A DNA stretch of 63,926 nt, the filler included, from Aduncisulcus paluster (taxonomy: Eukaryota): NCBI GenBank assembly GCA_024181965.1. It is 41 parts of 41 records of this genome, joined end to end, with 100 filler letters (N's around TTAATTAATTAA, not from the genome) between each part and the next. Parts side by side here need not be neighbours in the genome. Positions count along the whole stretch, not along the records: positions 34,543 to 36,118 come from BQXS01001413.1; positions 36,219 to 38,958 come from BQXS01001414.1; positions 39,059 to 40,168 come from BQXS01001416.1; positions 40,269 to 41,859 come from BQXS01001417.1; positions 41,960 to 43,411 come from BQXS01001418.1; positions 43,512 to 44,812 come from BQXS01001420.1; positions 44,913 to 46,056 come from BQXS01001433.1; 34 more parts are not named here. One strand, written 5' to 3'. The position numbers and the translations under genes were made by a program. The notes under the pieces were generated by a model, which saw nothing but the letters and a program-made list of their open reading frames with translations, searched no databases and was not told where the DNA came from. The stretch's first letter is position 1. Each line of letters starts with the position of its first letter. Positions 34,443 through 46,156 of the stretch are shown here, in pieces.

Positions 34443-34748
34443 NNNNNNNNNNNNNNNNNNNNNNNNNNNNNNNNNNNNNNNNNNNNTTAATTAATTAANN
34501 NNNNNNNNNNNNNNNNNNNNNNNNNNNNNNNNNNNNNNNNNNATCGGACCGTTCGACCGATTCGACATTGATGTTCTCGTCGAGGTGAAGTCGAAGTGGT
34601 TCTCCGATCGGGCCGAGGACCATCAGCGTCGTGCTGAGGCGATCCACGATGCGGTCCGCACCGTCATCGAAGACGGGCAGAGTGCCGGTGTCTATCTGAC
34701 CTTGCCTGTCGCGGCGTGGGACCAGAGCGACCGTGAAGCCCCCGAACA

Positions 34749-36118
34749 GTGAGGACTGCCCTGCCAGATAGCGCCCGCAAGTGGCTCGGCTTGGCCGCCA
34801 TCGCGTTGGGCGTGGCGCTGATCGTCGTCGATACCACGATCGTCAACGTCATCATCCCGTCGATCGTGCGCGACCTCGGCGTCACCTCGGCACAGGCTCA
34901 GTGGGTGCAGGAGTCGTACGCGATCGTGTTCGCGGCGCTGTTGTTGCTCGTTGGGCGCATCTCCGACATTCTGGGCGCCCGCAGCGTTTTCCTCACTGGT
35001 GTAGTGGTTTTCGGCGCAACGAGCCTGCTCGCTGGTATGGCCGCCACCGGAGGGTGGTTGGTACTGGCCCGCTTCCTGCAGGGCGCCGGAGCGGCACTGA
35101 TCCTGCCGACATCACTGGCTCTGCTCAACGCGCAATTCACTGGAAAGGAACGCGGTCAGGCATTCGCCGTGTGGGGATCCACCATTGGTGCCGCCACGGC
35201 TCTGGGCCCCCTACTGGGCGGCTGGCTGTCCGAGCATGCCTCGTGGCGTTGGGCTTTCGGAATCAACATCCCGCTTGTCGCGGTGATCTGCATCGGCGCG
35301 CTGGTGTTCATTCCCCGCTCGCAGCGCACCCAGGCGAAGGTGGATGTGGCCGGGGCTGTGCTGTCGATCATCGGTTTGGGCTTGCTCGCCTTCGGACTCA
35401 TCGACGGTCGCACATACGGATGGATACACAGCACCGAGCCGTTCGAGTTGTTGGGCGTTCGGTGGACGTTCGATCTGTCGCCGGTATTCGNNNNNNNNNN
35501 NNNNNNNNNNNNNNNNNNNNNNNNNNNNNNNNNNNNNNNNNNNNNNNNNNNNNNNNNNNNNNNNNNNNNNNNNNNNNNNNNNNNNNNNNNNNNNNNNNNN
35601 NNNNNNNNNNNNNNNNNNNNNNNNNNNNNNNNNNNNNNNNNNNNNNNNNNNNNNNNNNNNNNNNNNNNNNNNNNNNNNNNNNNNNNNNNNNATTCGTGGC
35701 GCTTGTCCTTGCGGCACTTGCCCTTATCGCCTTCGTGCTCCGGCAGGTGGCGCTGACCCGGGATATCGATCCGGGACAACCGACCAAGGCGTTGATGGAT
35801 GTGCGGCTCTTCTCCATTGGTTCGTTCCGCAACGGCAACATCGCGACATTGATCATCGGGATGGGCGAGTTCGGGATAGTGGCGGTGCTGCCGCTGTGGC
35901 TGCAATTCGCGCAGGGGTACAGCCCCGTCCAAGCCGGACTCGCCTTGGTACCGATAGCGCTCGGCAGCTTCGCGGCCAGCGGCGCCAGTTTCGCGATGAC
36001 GTCACGAATCTCGGCGCTGGGTTTGGTCCGCATAGGTCTGGCGCTGGAAGCACTGGGGCTGGCGGCGGTCGGATTCATCGCGCGGCCCGATACCGCGTGC
36101 TGGATCCTCGCCTTGGCG
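34749..36118 (+). CDS. DHA2 (EmrB/QacA) MFS efflux transporter, truncated
   Basis: VVDTTIVNV, WVQESY, GRISDILGAR, ARFLQGAG, LGPLLGG, WRWAFGINIP. Confidence 0.92.
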
Positions 36119-36218
36119 NNNNNNNNNNNNNNNNNNNNNNNNNNNNNNNNNNNNNNNNNNNNTTAATTAATTAANNNNNNNNNNNNNNNNNNNNNNNNNN
36201 NNNNNNNNNNNNNNNNNN

Positions 36219-36279
36219 CCAGGTGATACCAGCCGTGTGGCGTCACCGGGTTGGCCGGGTAGCGGATCGTCACGGTCAC
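36219..36279 (-). CDS. Start of the prophage gene after the tape measure (probable minor tail protein)
   Basis: GTG start overlaps the TMP stop (GTGA); VTVTIRYPANPVTPHGWYHL. Confidence 0.55.
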
Positions 36280-38958
36280 ATTCCCGGCCCGGAGTTGCGG
36301 GCCTGCTGATGGAAGGCGATGTCGCGGCCGGTGCCGTCCTCGGTGGCACGGTTGTTGGTGACGTGGATATTGGTGTCGCCCGCCTTGACTGGGCCGCCTT
36401 GCGCGTTCGGGTCGCTCTGATTCGGGTTCGGTGGCGCGGTCGCCTTGCCCGCCACATTCGGAATGGCCGGCGCGGCTCCAGCGAGCCCGCCGAGCGCCTT
36501 TGTCAGCCAGCTCTTGTTGGCCAACTCCGAACCGCCGGTAGGCAGAAGCGCGTCCATCGCGCCCATGACGCCAATACCCGCCGCCTGGCCGCCGAACTGA
36601 ATTGCCCTGCTGGCCAGCTTGACGCCGGTCTGCGCGGCCTGGCCAGCGCCGGGGGCGAAGATGTCCGCGGCAGAGGCAGCCATCCCGATCGCGGTATCGA
36701 TGGTGCCGCCCGGCGTAATGCCGACCCCACCCGCACCCGAACCGGTCGCCGGTTCCACACCGCCGATGCGCGTCGATGACGGGCTCCACGCCTGCGCAGG
36801 CCCGGTAGCTCCACCCCAACCGCCGCCAGCGGCCGGAATACCTACCGTCAGAGCGGGATTGGTCAATCCTGGGTCGGACAGGGCGCTATCGGTAAGGGGC
36901 GCATAGCCGGGAGCCGACGGCGTGATCGGTGTTGGAGCAACCCCCAACGTAGGCGCGACAGGGCTGTACCCGCCGGTGGCGGGGCGGTAGTAGCGCGAGG
37001 TGAGTGCCGGATCATTGGCGCCCTGGCCGCCGTCCATGCCGCGTTGCGCCGCAGCGGAGTCACTGCCCCAGTTGATGTTGGTTCCACCGGGCAGCGTGGC
37101 TTNNNNNNNNNNNNNNNNNNNNNNNNNNNNNNNNNNNNNNNNNNNNNNNNNNNNNNNNNNNNNNGCATATGCGAGGGGTTGTACCCAACCTGAAAGTCCC
37201 CCGGCTGACCGACGCCTGGCTGGAAACCATGCTGCGTCAACCACTGCGCAGCATTGCCGGTAGACATCTCCCGGCCCGCAGTCGGGCGGCCGTCCATGAT
37301 GTTGACCAGATCCTCGACAGCACTGGAGCAGTCGCCAAGCCCGCGCGTCAGATCCCAGACGGCAGGGTCCTCGGGCTTCTCGTAGCGCCCCGCTGGGATA
37401 TTGGCCAGCAGCGCCGCATCACCGGGGTACGGCGCGTACCCGCCGCGCGCGGGGTATCCCGGGTACCCGGCGCCGGCAGAACCGGCAGCGTCCGGGAGTC
37501 CGGTGTACTGGGGCCCAAACGCGCCCCGTGCGGCGAGGACGCCCATTGCGCCGTATCCACCCTTGGACGGATTGGCCGCACTGATCGCGTTGAGCTGTCC
37601 CAGCATTGGGGCCGCGCCCAGATTGGCGAGGAACTTGGTCAGGTTCTCAGCCAAGCCGGGTAGGCCCTTGGAGAACCCGAAATCCTTATCGAGTGCGGCG
37701 CCGATCTGGTCCATGCCGTCGACGAGCCCCTTGGTGGAGCCCTCCAGCTTTTTCCACGTACCTTGCTGCGCCTCAGCCAGTTTCATCTGCGAAGAGACAT
37801 ACGAGCGCTCGGCGTCGGCCACCTGATTCCTGGCGCGCAGCAGCGCATCCTGATCAGCATTGCCTTGCTGCTCGAGCCGGATCAGCGCGATACGGTCCTG
37901 CTCAAGGGAGTTCTTGGCCCGAATTGCCGAGGACTCAGCGTCATAGACGCGCATCGGGTCGACCTCGTAGCGGCCCAGGCCGGGGCCGCCCTTGGGTGAC
38001 GCAGCGAGCGCACCGGGAATCCCGGTCGGCACAGTGGCCAATCCTGGCGGCATCGCAACCGGGTTGGCCTCGACCGACCACAGTTTCGGATCGATCGTGG
38101 GCTTGGTCTTGTCGCCCTTGTCGGCTGCCTCGATCTGCTTCTTGGCATCATCGAACGCCATACCGGGGCCGCTCGGATTGATGCCGGGTGCCGGTGGCGG
38201 CGGGGGTGCCAGCGGCGAGTTCGCCGGTACCGGCGCTCCCGGCGTGGGGTTTACCAGGTTGCCCAGGCCTAGCCCAAGCCCATCGCCGACGGCATTGACA
38301 TTGCCACCGGGAGGGGCCACCAGCGCGCCTGGATGATTGGGGTCGAACTGAACTGGAGTCGTCGGCGCATCTAGCTCATTGCCTGCGGCATCTCTACCGC
38401 CGCCCGCACCGTAGTTGAGGGGCCGGGTGAGTTCGGCGGTAAAGAAGTCCGGCAACTTCTGGCTGAAGAACTTCACAAATGCGGTGTCGGCGAGCTTCTT
38501 CTCGNNNNNNNNNNNNNNNNNNNNNNNNNNNNNNNNNNNNNNNNNNNNNNNNNNNNNNNNNNNNNNNNNNNNNNNNNNNNNNNNNNNNGCCACTTGCGTG
38601 TTCCTGCAGGCTTTTACTGGCATCGTCGGTCTTACCCTTGATGTCGTCGAACTGCTGACCGGCCTTCTTGAGGTCCATCGCCTTGATGGCGTCGTTTGCC
38701 TCTTCCCACCGCGTCTTGAACAGTGCCAGACCGATATTGGTGCGTTCTTGCGGGTCCTCAATGGCTGCCATTGCGACCAGAATGGCCGCGAATGCCCGGT
38801 TAGCCTCGTCCCCGCCTGCGGCGAACGACTTGCCCATGGCTGCTGAGTCGAACCCCAAGGCTTTGAACGCCGCGCGAGTGGTGACCGAACCATCGTTGGC
38901 GCTGATTGCGAACTCGCGCAATGAATCAGCCGCCAGGTCGGTGTTGCGGATGTTCGCC
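36276..38958 (-). CDS. Mycobacterial prophage tape measure protein, C-terminal part; two N gaps
   Basis: NIRNTDLAADSLREFAI, LALFKTRWEE, C-terminal GDTNIHVTN; contains a GLGDCSSAV...SHM motif. Confidence 0.85.
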
Positions 38959-39058
38959 NNNNNNNNNNNNNNNNNNNNNNNNNNNNNNNNNNNNNNNNNN
39001 NNTTAATTAATTAANNNNNNNNNNNNNNNNNNNNNNNNNNNNNNNNNNNNNNNNNNNN

Positions 39059-40168
39059 TTTCCTGTTTCAAACGAATTAGATTGCTATTGTTACTATCAA
39101 GAAGGTATCGATACACTTTTGATAAGCTCATTATAAATTTCCGAGCTAGCATTGGTTCTCCATCTACTAAAGCATACAAGGAGTTCAAGGAATTAAAAAG
39201 AAAATGAGGATTGATCTGATTTTTAATATTCTTCAACTGAGCCTTTACCTTCTCCTCCTCTTCATCCAGAGCTTTCTTCCTTAACTGAATCGTTTCACTA
39301 ATATCAAATCTGAAACTAGCCACTCCAACAACATTCCCCTCGGTATCCGAAATGGCATTAAATATTTGCTGATAATCAATTCCATGACGTTGATATTCTA
39401 CTAAAAAGTGCTCTCCTCCCAATGCTCTATCCAGATATTGTTTCATTTTTATGCGGAAATCACCGTAGTAAGTATCCAGAATACTATTTCCTTCTTTTAT
39501 TTGCTCATTCTCAAATTTTAGAATCTCCTTTTTATAGACTGTATTAAAACTGGTATATTTATAATCTCGACCAACTGAAAAAATCATTATTTGATCAGTA
39601 CTCTCCATAATGGATGATAATTTACTTACTTCGTTCAAATGTCTTTTCTCAGCTCGGCGTCTTTTGGTTGATTCATAAAGCCAACGACGTTGGGAAAAAT
39701 AAAGAAAAACCATTAACAAAAGCGCCAATACCAACCCAATTAGTATCGTTAAGTTTCTTATTTCCTGTACAGATTCTTTTACATTAAACATAGGAACGCT
39801 TACAGTAATTAGCCAATAATCTCCCCCATTTGCGATTCGAATAGGCTTATACACCCTCATTACCGGAAGGTTTAAAAATTCGGATTGAACTTCTTTCTTT
39901 TGTTCTGTTCCCGACTGTAATGCCAATTGTACAAAACTGGAATCCTGATGATGACCAATCTGCTTACCAATCAAATTTTCATCGGGATGTGTAATGCAAA
40001 TCCCATTTTTTGAAATGATGCTCACATAAGCTCTTCCCAAGGATTCTTCATCATAAAAAATTTGCTGAAACTTTCTCAAATCAATATCAAAACCAACAAT
40101 TCCATACAAATATGAATCAACAATTACTGGAGTCAAAATGCTAACCAACTCTTTACCTTGATCATTTT
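39059..40168 (-). CDS. LytS-type histidine kinase with a Cache-like sensor (Bacteroidota), fragment
   Basis: GIVGFDI, ITHPD, TM helix, KNQINPHFLFNSLNSL. Confidence 0.88.
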
Positions 40169-40268
40169 NNNNNNNNNNNNNNNNNNNNNNNNNNNNNNNN
40201 NNNNNNNNNNNNTTAATTAATTAANNNNNNNNNNNNNNNNNNNNNNNNNNNNNNNNNNNNNNNNNNNN

Positions 40269-40397
40269 ATATGAGCTGTCATATTATACATATCTTGAGT
40301 AATTTCCCAAATATGAATATCGTGTATATCTAAAACTTGAGGATGTTTTTTTTCTATAAATTTTTTTACTTCATTCAACATCACAACAATATGCCAT
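40269..40397 (-). pseudogene. Remnant of a CDF (CzcD-like) metal transporter: short 5' start joined out of frame to the C-terminal domain
   Basis: RBS and ATG give MAYCCDVE*; another frame gives LNEVKKFIEKKHPQVLDIHDIHIWEITQDMYNMTAH. Confidence 0.55.
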
Positions 40398-40409
40398 TTT
40401 TGTTCCTTT

Positions 40410-40428
40410 TATACTATAGGGGGGTATA
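40410..40428. promoter_or_regulatory. CsoR/RcnR-type operator
   Basis: TATACTATAGGGGGGTATA (TAC...G-tract...GTA) just upstream of a metal-transporter remnant. Confidence 0.65.
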
Positions 40429-40772
40429 CTATTATATTTAAAGTTAATTTGTACTTATACAAAAAATATTGTTGTTAAAGAAGAAGCCTTACTACAACAA
40501 ATGACTTAATGACAATGATATAAGAAGAAATTATGAAAGAATAGTGATTACATTAGTAATCTGAATATCTTTAAATTAGTACCTTTTGGAGAATGTTCCA
40601 AAATTCAACTCTTTTTGGAACAGACTACTTTTTTGTAAAAACTGTTCAAAAAGTAAGAGGTTATTGATAGATTAGTAATTGTCTAGTTTAGAGGGGACAT
40701 TCCAGTCTTTAGAAACTGGAATATGCTTTTTAATTGATTACATATTTTAATAGGAAAGTGCTAATTCCCTAT

Positions 40773-41159
40773 TCATATCTTTAATGTTCCTCTTAATTGT
40801 CTAATGACACCACCATTTCTATTGAATGATACAGTATAATTTGATTCGCCATTTTTAGGTAAATTTATATTAAATGCGTAATTTCCGTTTGTATCTGTTG
40901 AATTACTTTGATATTTAACTACATTATTATCTGATTGATATACTCTAAAAAGAACTTTTGCATTATGTACAACATGTCCTTTATGAGTAATTTTTACATT
41001 GATTTTGTTCTCACCCTTTGTGATTTTATTATCAGATTTAACAGTAATTTTGTATTCATTTTTAGTTATACTTGACTGATAATTATCACTTGCTTGTCCA
41101 TATATTGTTGCTACACTTAGTGCTATTATCATTAGTAAGATTTTGTTTAATTTTTTCAT
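40773..41159 (-). CDS. Secreted YtkA/FixH-like Ig-fold protein, copy A
   Basis: Signal peptide; GENKINVKI, VHNAKV, GNYAFNINLP; downstream of cusA. Confidence 0.55.
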   Translation of the reverse strand: MKKLNKILLMIIALSVATIYGQASDNYQSSITKNEYKITVKSDNKITKGENKINVKITHKGHVVHNAKVLFRVYQSDNNVVKYQSNSTDTNGNYAFNINLPKNGESNYTVSFNRNGGVIRQLRGTLKI

Positions 41160-41296
41160 TTTTGTTTCCTTTAAATTATTTATTGACTTTTCAATCGACT
41201 ATTTACGAATTTTGGATTGTACTTCTTGGTATTTTTTCTTTTTCAGTACAGTGATTATATTTTTTAATAGGAAAGTGTAAATTTCCTATTAATTAT

Positions 41297-41505
41297 TTAT
41301 ATCTTTAATGTTCCTCTTAATTGTCTAATGACACCACCATTTCTATTGAATGATACAGTATAACTTGATTCTCCATTTTCAGGTAAATTTATATTAAATG
41401 CGTAATTTCCATTTGTATCTGTTGTACTACTTTGATATTTAACTACATTATTATCTGATTGATATACTCTAAAAAGAACTTTTGCATTATGTACAACATG
41501 TCCTT
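41297..41505 (-). CDS. YtkA/FixH-like protein, copy B (5' part lies in the gap)
   Basis: Near-identical to the C-terminal half of 40773-41159 (3 aa differences in the visible part). Confidence 0.7.
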
Positions 41506-41525
41506 NNNNNNNNNNNNNNNNNNNN

Positions 41526-41859
41526 GTATTTTTTCTTTTTCGGTGCAATGATTATTTTTATAAAATAAATAATAGGTTGATGGTAAAATTAATAGAGTTA
41601 AGATTGTTGAACTAATAACTCCACCTGTAACAACAACTGCCAATGGATACTGAACTTCACTCCCCACACCTGTTACATACAATAGTGGCAAAATACCAAA
41701 TAATGTTGTAAAAGCTGTCATTAATACCGGTCGAAGTCTTAATAATGTAGCATCCTTAAGTAATATCTTTAAATCTACATGAGGAAATTTTTCACGTAAT
41801 TCATCAATAAAACTCACCAATACTATTCCATTTAAAACTGCAATTGCAAAAATTGCAAT
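41526..41859 (-). CDS. CusA/CzcA heavy-metal RND permease, C-terminus
   Basis: IAVLNGIVLV, RLRPVLMTA, GSEVQYPLAVVVTGGVISSTILTL. Confidence 0.92.
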
Positions 41860-41959
41860 NNNNNNNNNNNNNNNNNNNNNNNNNNNNNNNNNNNNNNNNN
41901 NNNTTAATTAATTAANNNNNNNNNNNNNNNNNNNNNNNNNNNNNNNNNNNNNNNNNNNN

Positions 41960-42386
41960 GAAAAAGAGGAAGAAGCAGAAAGAAAGAGAAAAGAAAGAAG
42001 AAGAAGAGGAAGAAAAAGAGGAAAAGGAAGAAGAAGAGGAAAAGGAAGAAGAAGAGGAAAAGGAAGAAGAAGAGGAAGAAAAGGACGACTCCCACCCAAT
42101 GTTTTCCTTTTGCGGGACTTCTGTGACCGATTGTGACCATGGCCAATGCTACCTTCGTGGATGTAATAAGAAGGGAGCAGATATTGTGTTGAAGACGACA
42201 ACTGGCGAAAAATTCAATATTGAAGTGAAGATATTGAAGGATATTTCACATGAAAAAGTGTGCAAAGGTTGTGACCTGTTTATTTGCTATTCTACACATA
42301 AAAAGATTGCAAAGGAAATGAAGAAAAAAACAAAACACGAATATTGCTGTTTGTATATTCCTTTCCCAAGGGGCTCATTCAAGTAG
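41960..42386 (+). CDS. Hypothetical eukaryotic protein C-terminus (Glu/Lys-rich, then Cys-rich)
   Basis: 18-bp GAGGAAAAGGAAGAAGAA repeats read in frame into ORF 42099-42386. Confidence 0.4.
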
Positions 42387-42945
42387 GAAGTCAAAAAGTT
42401 ACTCCGTTTAAACCTCGTGTAATATAAGTAAATTTGCTACTAGCAGTATGGTAGTGTGGTGGTCTGATATGACACCACGAGTATTTTATAACTCCTTTTA
42501 TTTATTCCAGAGTGTCCAAAGATTTTTGACCCCTTTAAAATAAATAATTATTATCATAATTATATAAATCTTTATATGGATATAATAAATACTAGCTTTA
42601 TTTCTACGAATCAACAAAGATGACCTACTAAGATCATCATTTCAAATGACAAATACTATTTGTCTCCTAGTAGGAGAATATAATTTAAGTTTTATCAAAT
42701 AAATATACTATTTACATGGTGGCGCACTTTACTACAAGGTTACTATTCGAGTAAAATTTGAGTAAAATTTACTTTTAATTTTCGAACTAAAACTTACTCG
42801 TAGATAACTTTGTGGTATCAAGTAGGCTTCCGAAAGGAATTTAATCTAAGCTTGAAGACAATTTACTGAGTTATACGAAGAATCAAGATTATCTAAAAAT
42901 AGAATATTGACTAAGTTGGAACATAATAAATATAATAAATTAAGA

Positions 42946-43200
42946 TGTGGTGTTACCTTAGTTATAAGAATAAAACCAATCTTAGCAAGACTATGCTTGA
43001 AGACAATTTACTGTTTAAGATGAATCAGAATCTCGTTGAAGAAATCAATTAATCAATAATCGAATCAACAATGAAATATAAATAAAATAAATATAAATTA
43101 AATAAAATAAATAAAATATAATTATAAAACAAATAAATAAACAATAATATATCAAAGATTGAGAAAAATTAGAACATCACCACACTCACCCCTTACTTTC
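42946..43200 (-). mobile_element. Probable 3' LTR (42946-43184, 239 bp) with polypurine tract (43185-43200)
   Basis: Inverted termini TGTGGTG...CACCACA; on the minus strand GAAAGTAAGGGGTGAG directly precedes TGTGGTG. Confidence 0.7.
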
Positions 43201-43511
43201 TGAGGGGTTGTTCACAAGCACTCACACGCAAACACACCTCAGCCACACTTCCAACAGCTCACACACAAGTTCTAACTTTATCGCGACAATCTTCGAACAA
43301 TTATCACTCATAAATCTGCTATCCTGATCAAAATGCTTATTTTGATTCTTCTTTCAACAGTTCGAAACGGATCGGACAAGGGACATCTCACAACTCAATA
43401 CGTAAACTCTCNNNNNNNNNNNNNNNNNNNNNNNNNNNNNNNNNNNNNNNNNNNNTTAATTAATTAANNNNNNNNNNNNNNNNNNNNNNNNNNNNNNNNN
43501 NNNNNNNNNNN

Positions 43512-44271
43512 GTTCAACACTCTTTGTTGAGCGAGTTGTGGTTGATCCACGGGGAGTGCTCTTGCTTCGGCGAGCATCTGGACGATCTTGTTTGGGGAGA
43601 TCCCTGGAAGACGAGCGGACGACAGATTTTCCACTTTCTTTCCTTTGATAACGAGCACTTTGGGCCTCAGGAACTTCAAGCTTTCTGCCTTTTGGGGTTC
43701 TGGATTTCTCAGCAGATTCCTTGGAAGATGCGATTAAAGCAGCGGATGAAGGATTCTTAGAACCGACAGAAAGAGAGCGTTTGTGACGTCTTTCGCGTGG
43801 TTGAGATGGAGATCTACGAGAGTGACTTTTGCTACGACGAGAAGAAGCTGATTGAGTTGACGCAGCAGGTTGAGGTTGTTGCTGAGACCAATGTTGGTTG
43901 ACGGTCTCAGAATATTCACTTCCACCATTGATAAGACATTCGACAGAAGCTGGGGATTGCAAAAATGTGGCTAAGGAAGTTGAGACGGGGAAAGAAAAAT
44001 CGGCCGAAAATGAGAGATCTATCATCAAATGGTATAAAAAATAAAGCATGACAGCAAAATTATAGCATGAATGTTCTTCTCCTCTTCGGATATTTGGATT
44101 CAGAATCTCTAAAGGAATAGAACTATCAGACATTACAGATCTAACGACTTCCCAATTTTGTGTAACTTGTGGATCTTTTTCTACATCATAATATGATGGG
44201 TTCCAAAAAACTTTTGATGAATATGGTTCAAATACTTTTGGAAATTGTTGTGTGTTGTGTGTGTGTAACAA
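43512..44271 (-). CDS. Hypothetical eukaryotic protein fragment with a Ser/Arg-rich region
   Basis: >250-codon open frame. Confidence 0.5.
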
Positions 44272-44812
44272 ACGGACGACTCGAAGATCTCAGATGATGC
44301 TCTGGTCATATTAGGTTGTCCTTTTGGAAAGTCTGAAGAAGTGGTTAAGAAGTATAGGGAGAGGTGTGAATACGAACTCAAATGTGTTCAAGAAGCCAAT
44401 ATCCTCCCCATGCACGAATATTACAAATATGTCGAAGTGTCTGTCCTTGGCAGGAACAGCTATCTACGAGAGGTCTCGCAGGTGGCCAGGGCTGTATCTC
44501 GTGAATATCAAGACAAAATCATTGATGAAATAATGAACAAGTTCACTTTAAAAGGCGTGTCCCCTGAAGTGTTGGCTCTGGCCAGATCTGAAGGAGGATT
44601 AGGTCTTAGACTTGCTGATTATGATCATGAGGATGCCTTGATGAGAGGTCTTATTCGCCTGCTCAATGACTCCCCTCGCTGGTTCGCTGACAATGCAGCT
44701 GCCTTCATTGACTCATTGGAAGCAGATGCAAATGACAGATACCTCGAATACAAAAAGATTATTTCTGAAATTGATGGATGGAAAGAACTAACACTCTCGC
44801 AGTTGATAGTAC
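44269..44812 (+). mobile_element. Non-LTR retrotransposon RT fragment (end of RT plus thumb), apparently 5'-truncated
   Basis: LVILGCPFG and LARSEGGLGLR motifs; frame closed by TAA at 44266-44268. Confidence 0.65.
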
Positions 44813-44912
44813 NNNNNNNNNNNNNNNNNNNNNNNNNNNNNNNNNNNNNNNNNNNNTTAATTAATTAANNNNNNNNNNNNNNNNNNNNNNNNNNNNNNNN
44901 NNNNNNNNNNNN

Positions 44913-46056
44913 CTGGGTCCTGACTATAGTGTGCTAAAAGTCTTAACTCAATTTGTGAATAATCTATACCTACTAGTTTATATCCTGATGATGCTATGAA
45001 ACCTTCTCTTATGGCTCTTCCTGATTCTGTTCGTACAGGTATGTTCTGTAAGTTTGGATTTTTACTACTTAATCTTCCTGTCGCTGTTCCAGTTTGTAGA
45101 AATGATGTATAGATTTTATTTTCATCATTTTGTTTTGCCAATTCTAAAAGAGGTTCTATATAAGTTGAGTGCAATTTAAAAGCTTCTCTATATTCTAAAA
45201 TCTTACGAACAACTTCATGTTCATCTTTTATTTTTTGTAGAACTGACTCATTTGTACTATATCCTGTTTTTGTTTTCTTTGAAGCTGTTAATTGTAATGT
45301 TTCAAATAAAACTTCTCCTAATTGTTTAGGAGAGTTAATATTGAATTCAACTCCTGCTAAAGTAAATATAGATTGTGTAAGTTCTAATAAGTTATTTTTA
45401 CTTTTTTCTTTAAGGTTTTCAAAAAATGTGATATCTATTTTGATACCTTTATTTTCCATATTATTTAAAACATTTATAAAAGGAAACTCAACTTGGTTTG
45501 CAATTTTCATAAGATATTCTTCATCATTTTCTTTAAAGGCTTCTAGTATTTTAAAGTAAAGTTTAAAAGTAATAAATGCATCTTCAGCGGCATAAGCACA
45601 AGCATCTGTAATATTTACATTTGAAAAGTCTTCACCTTTTTTAACAACATCTTTAAAAGCTATAGTTTTATAACCATCGAGAAGTCGAAGAGCTAACTTA
45701 TCCATTCCTACAGGTTTGTCACTATCTAAAAGCCACGCCATAATCATAGTATCTGCATAGAGTTTTATATCAATTCCAAAATTATTTTGAACCACTTCTA
45801 AATCATATTTAAAGTTTTGTAAAATAAGTTTATGGGTATTTAGTAACTCTATTGCTCTTTTAGCATCATTTAAAGATATTTGTTCTTCAACCCCTAAATA
45901 GAAATGTGCTATTGGTACATAATATGCTTTTGAGTTTTCCCAACAAAAAGAAAATCCTACTATATTGGCTTTTTTAGCATCTATTCCTGTCGTTTCTGTA
46001 TCAAAAGCAACTAGAGAATTTTTTGGAATAGTATTGAGTACTTCAAAAAGTTTTGA
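44913..46056 (-). CDS. polA: DNA polymerase I, internal fragment
   Basis: VAFDTETTG, YAAEDA, FNINSPKQLG, TATGRLSSKNPNLQNIP, DYSQIELRLLAH. Confidence 0.97.
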
Positions 46057-46156
46057 NNNNNNNNNNNNNNNNNNNNNNNNNNNNNNNNNNNNNNNNNNNN
46101 TTAATTAATTAANNNNNNNNNNNNNNNNNNNNNNNNNNNNNNNNNNNNNNNNNNNN

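Noticed and set aside
35491-35691. A ~200-bp insertion inside the MFS gene
   Set aside because: Both gap flanks share ATTCG and join as PVFVALVL, so the gap size is probably a scaffolding artefact.
21694-38846. Many long alternative-frame ORFs in the high-GC contigs
   Set aside because: Shadow ORFs caused by GC3 bias; they overlap well-supported NRPS, lpdA, MFS and TMP frames.
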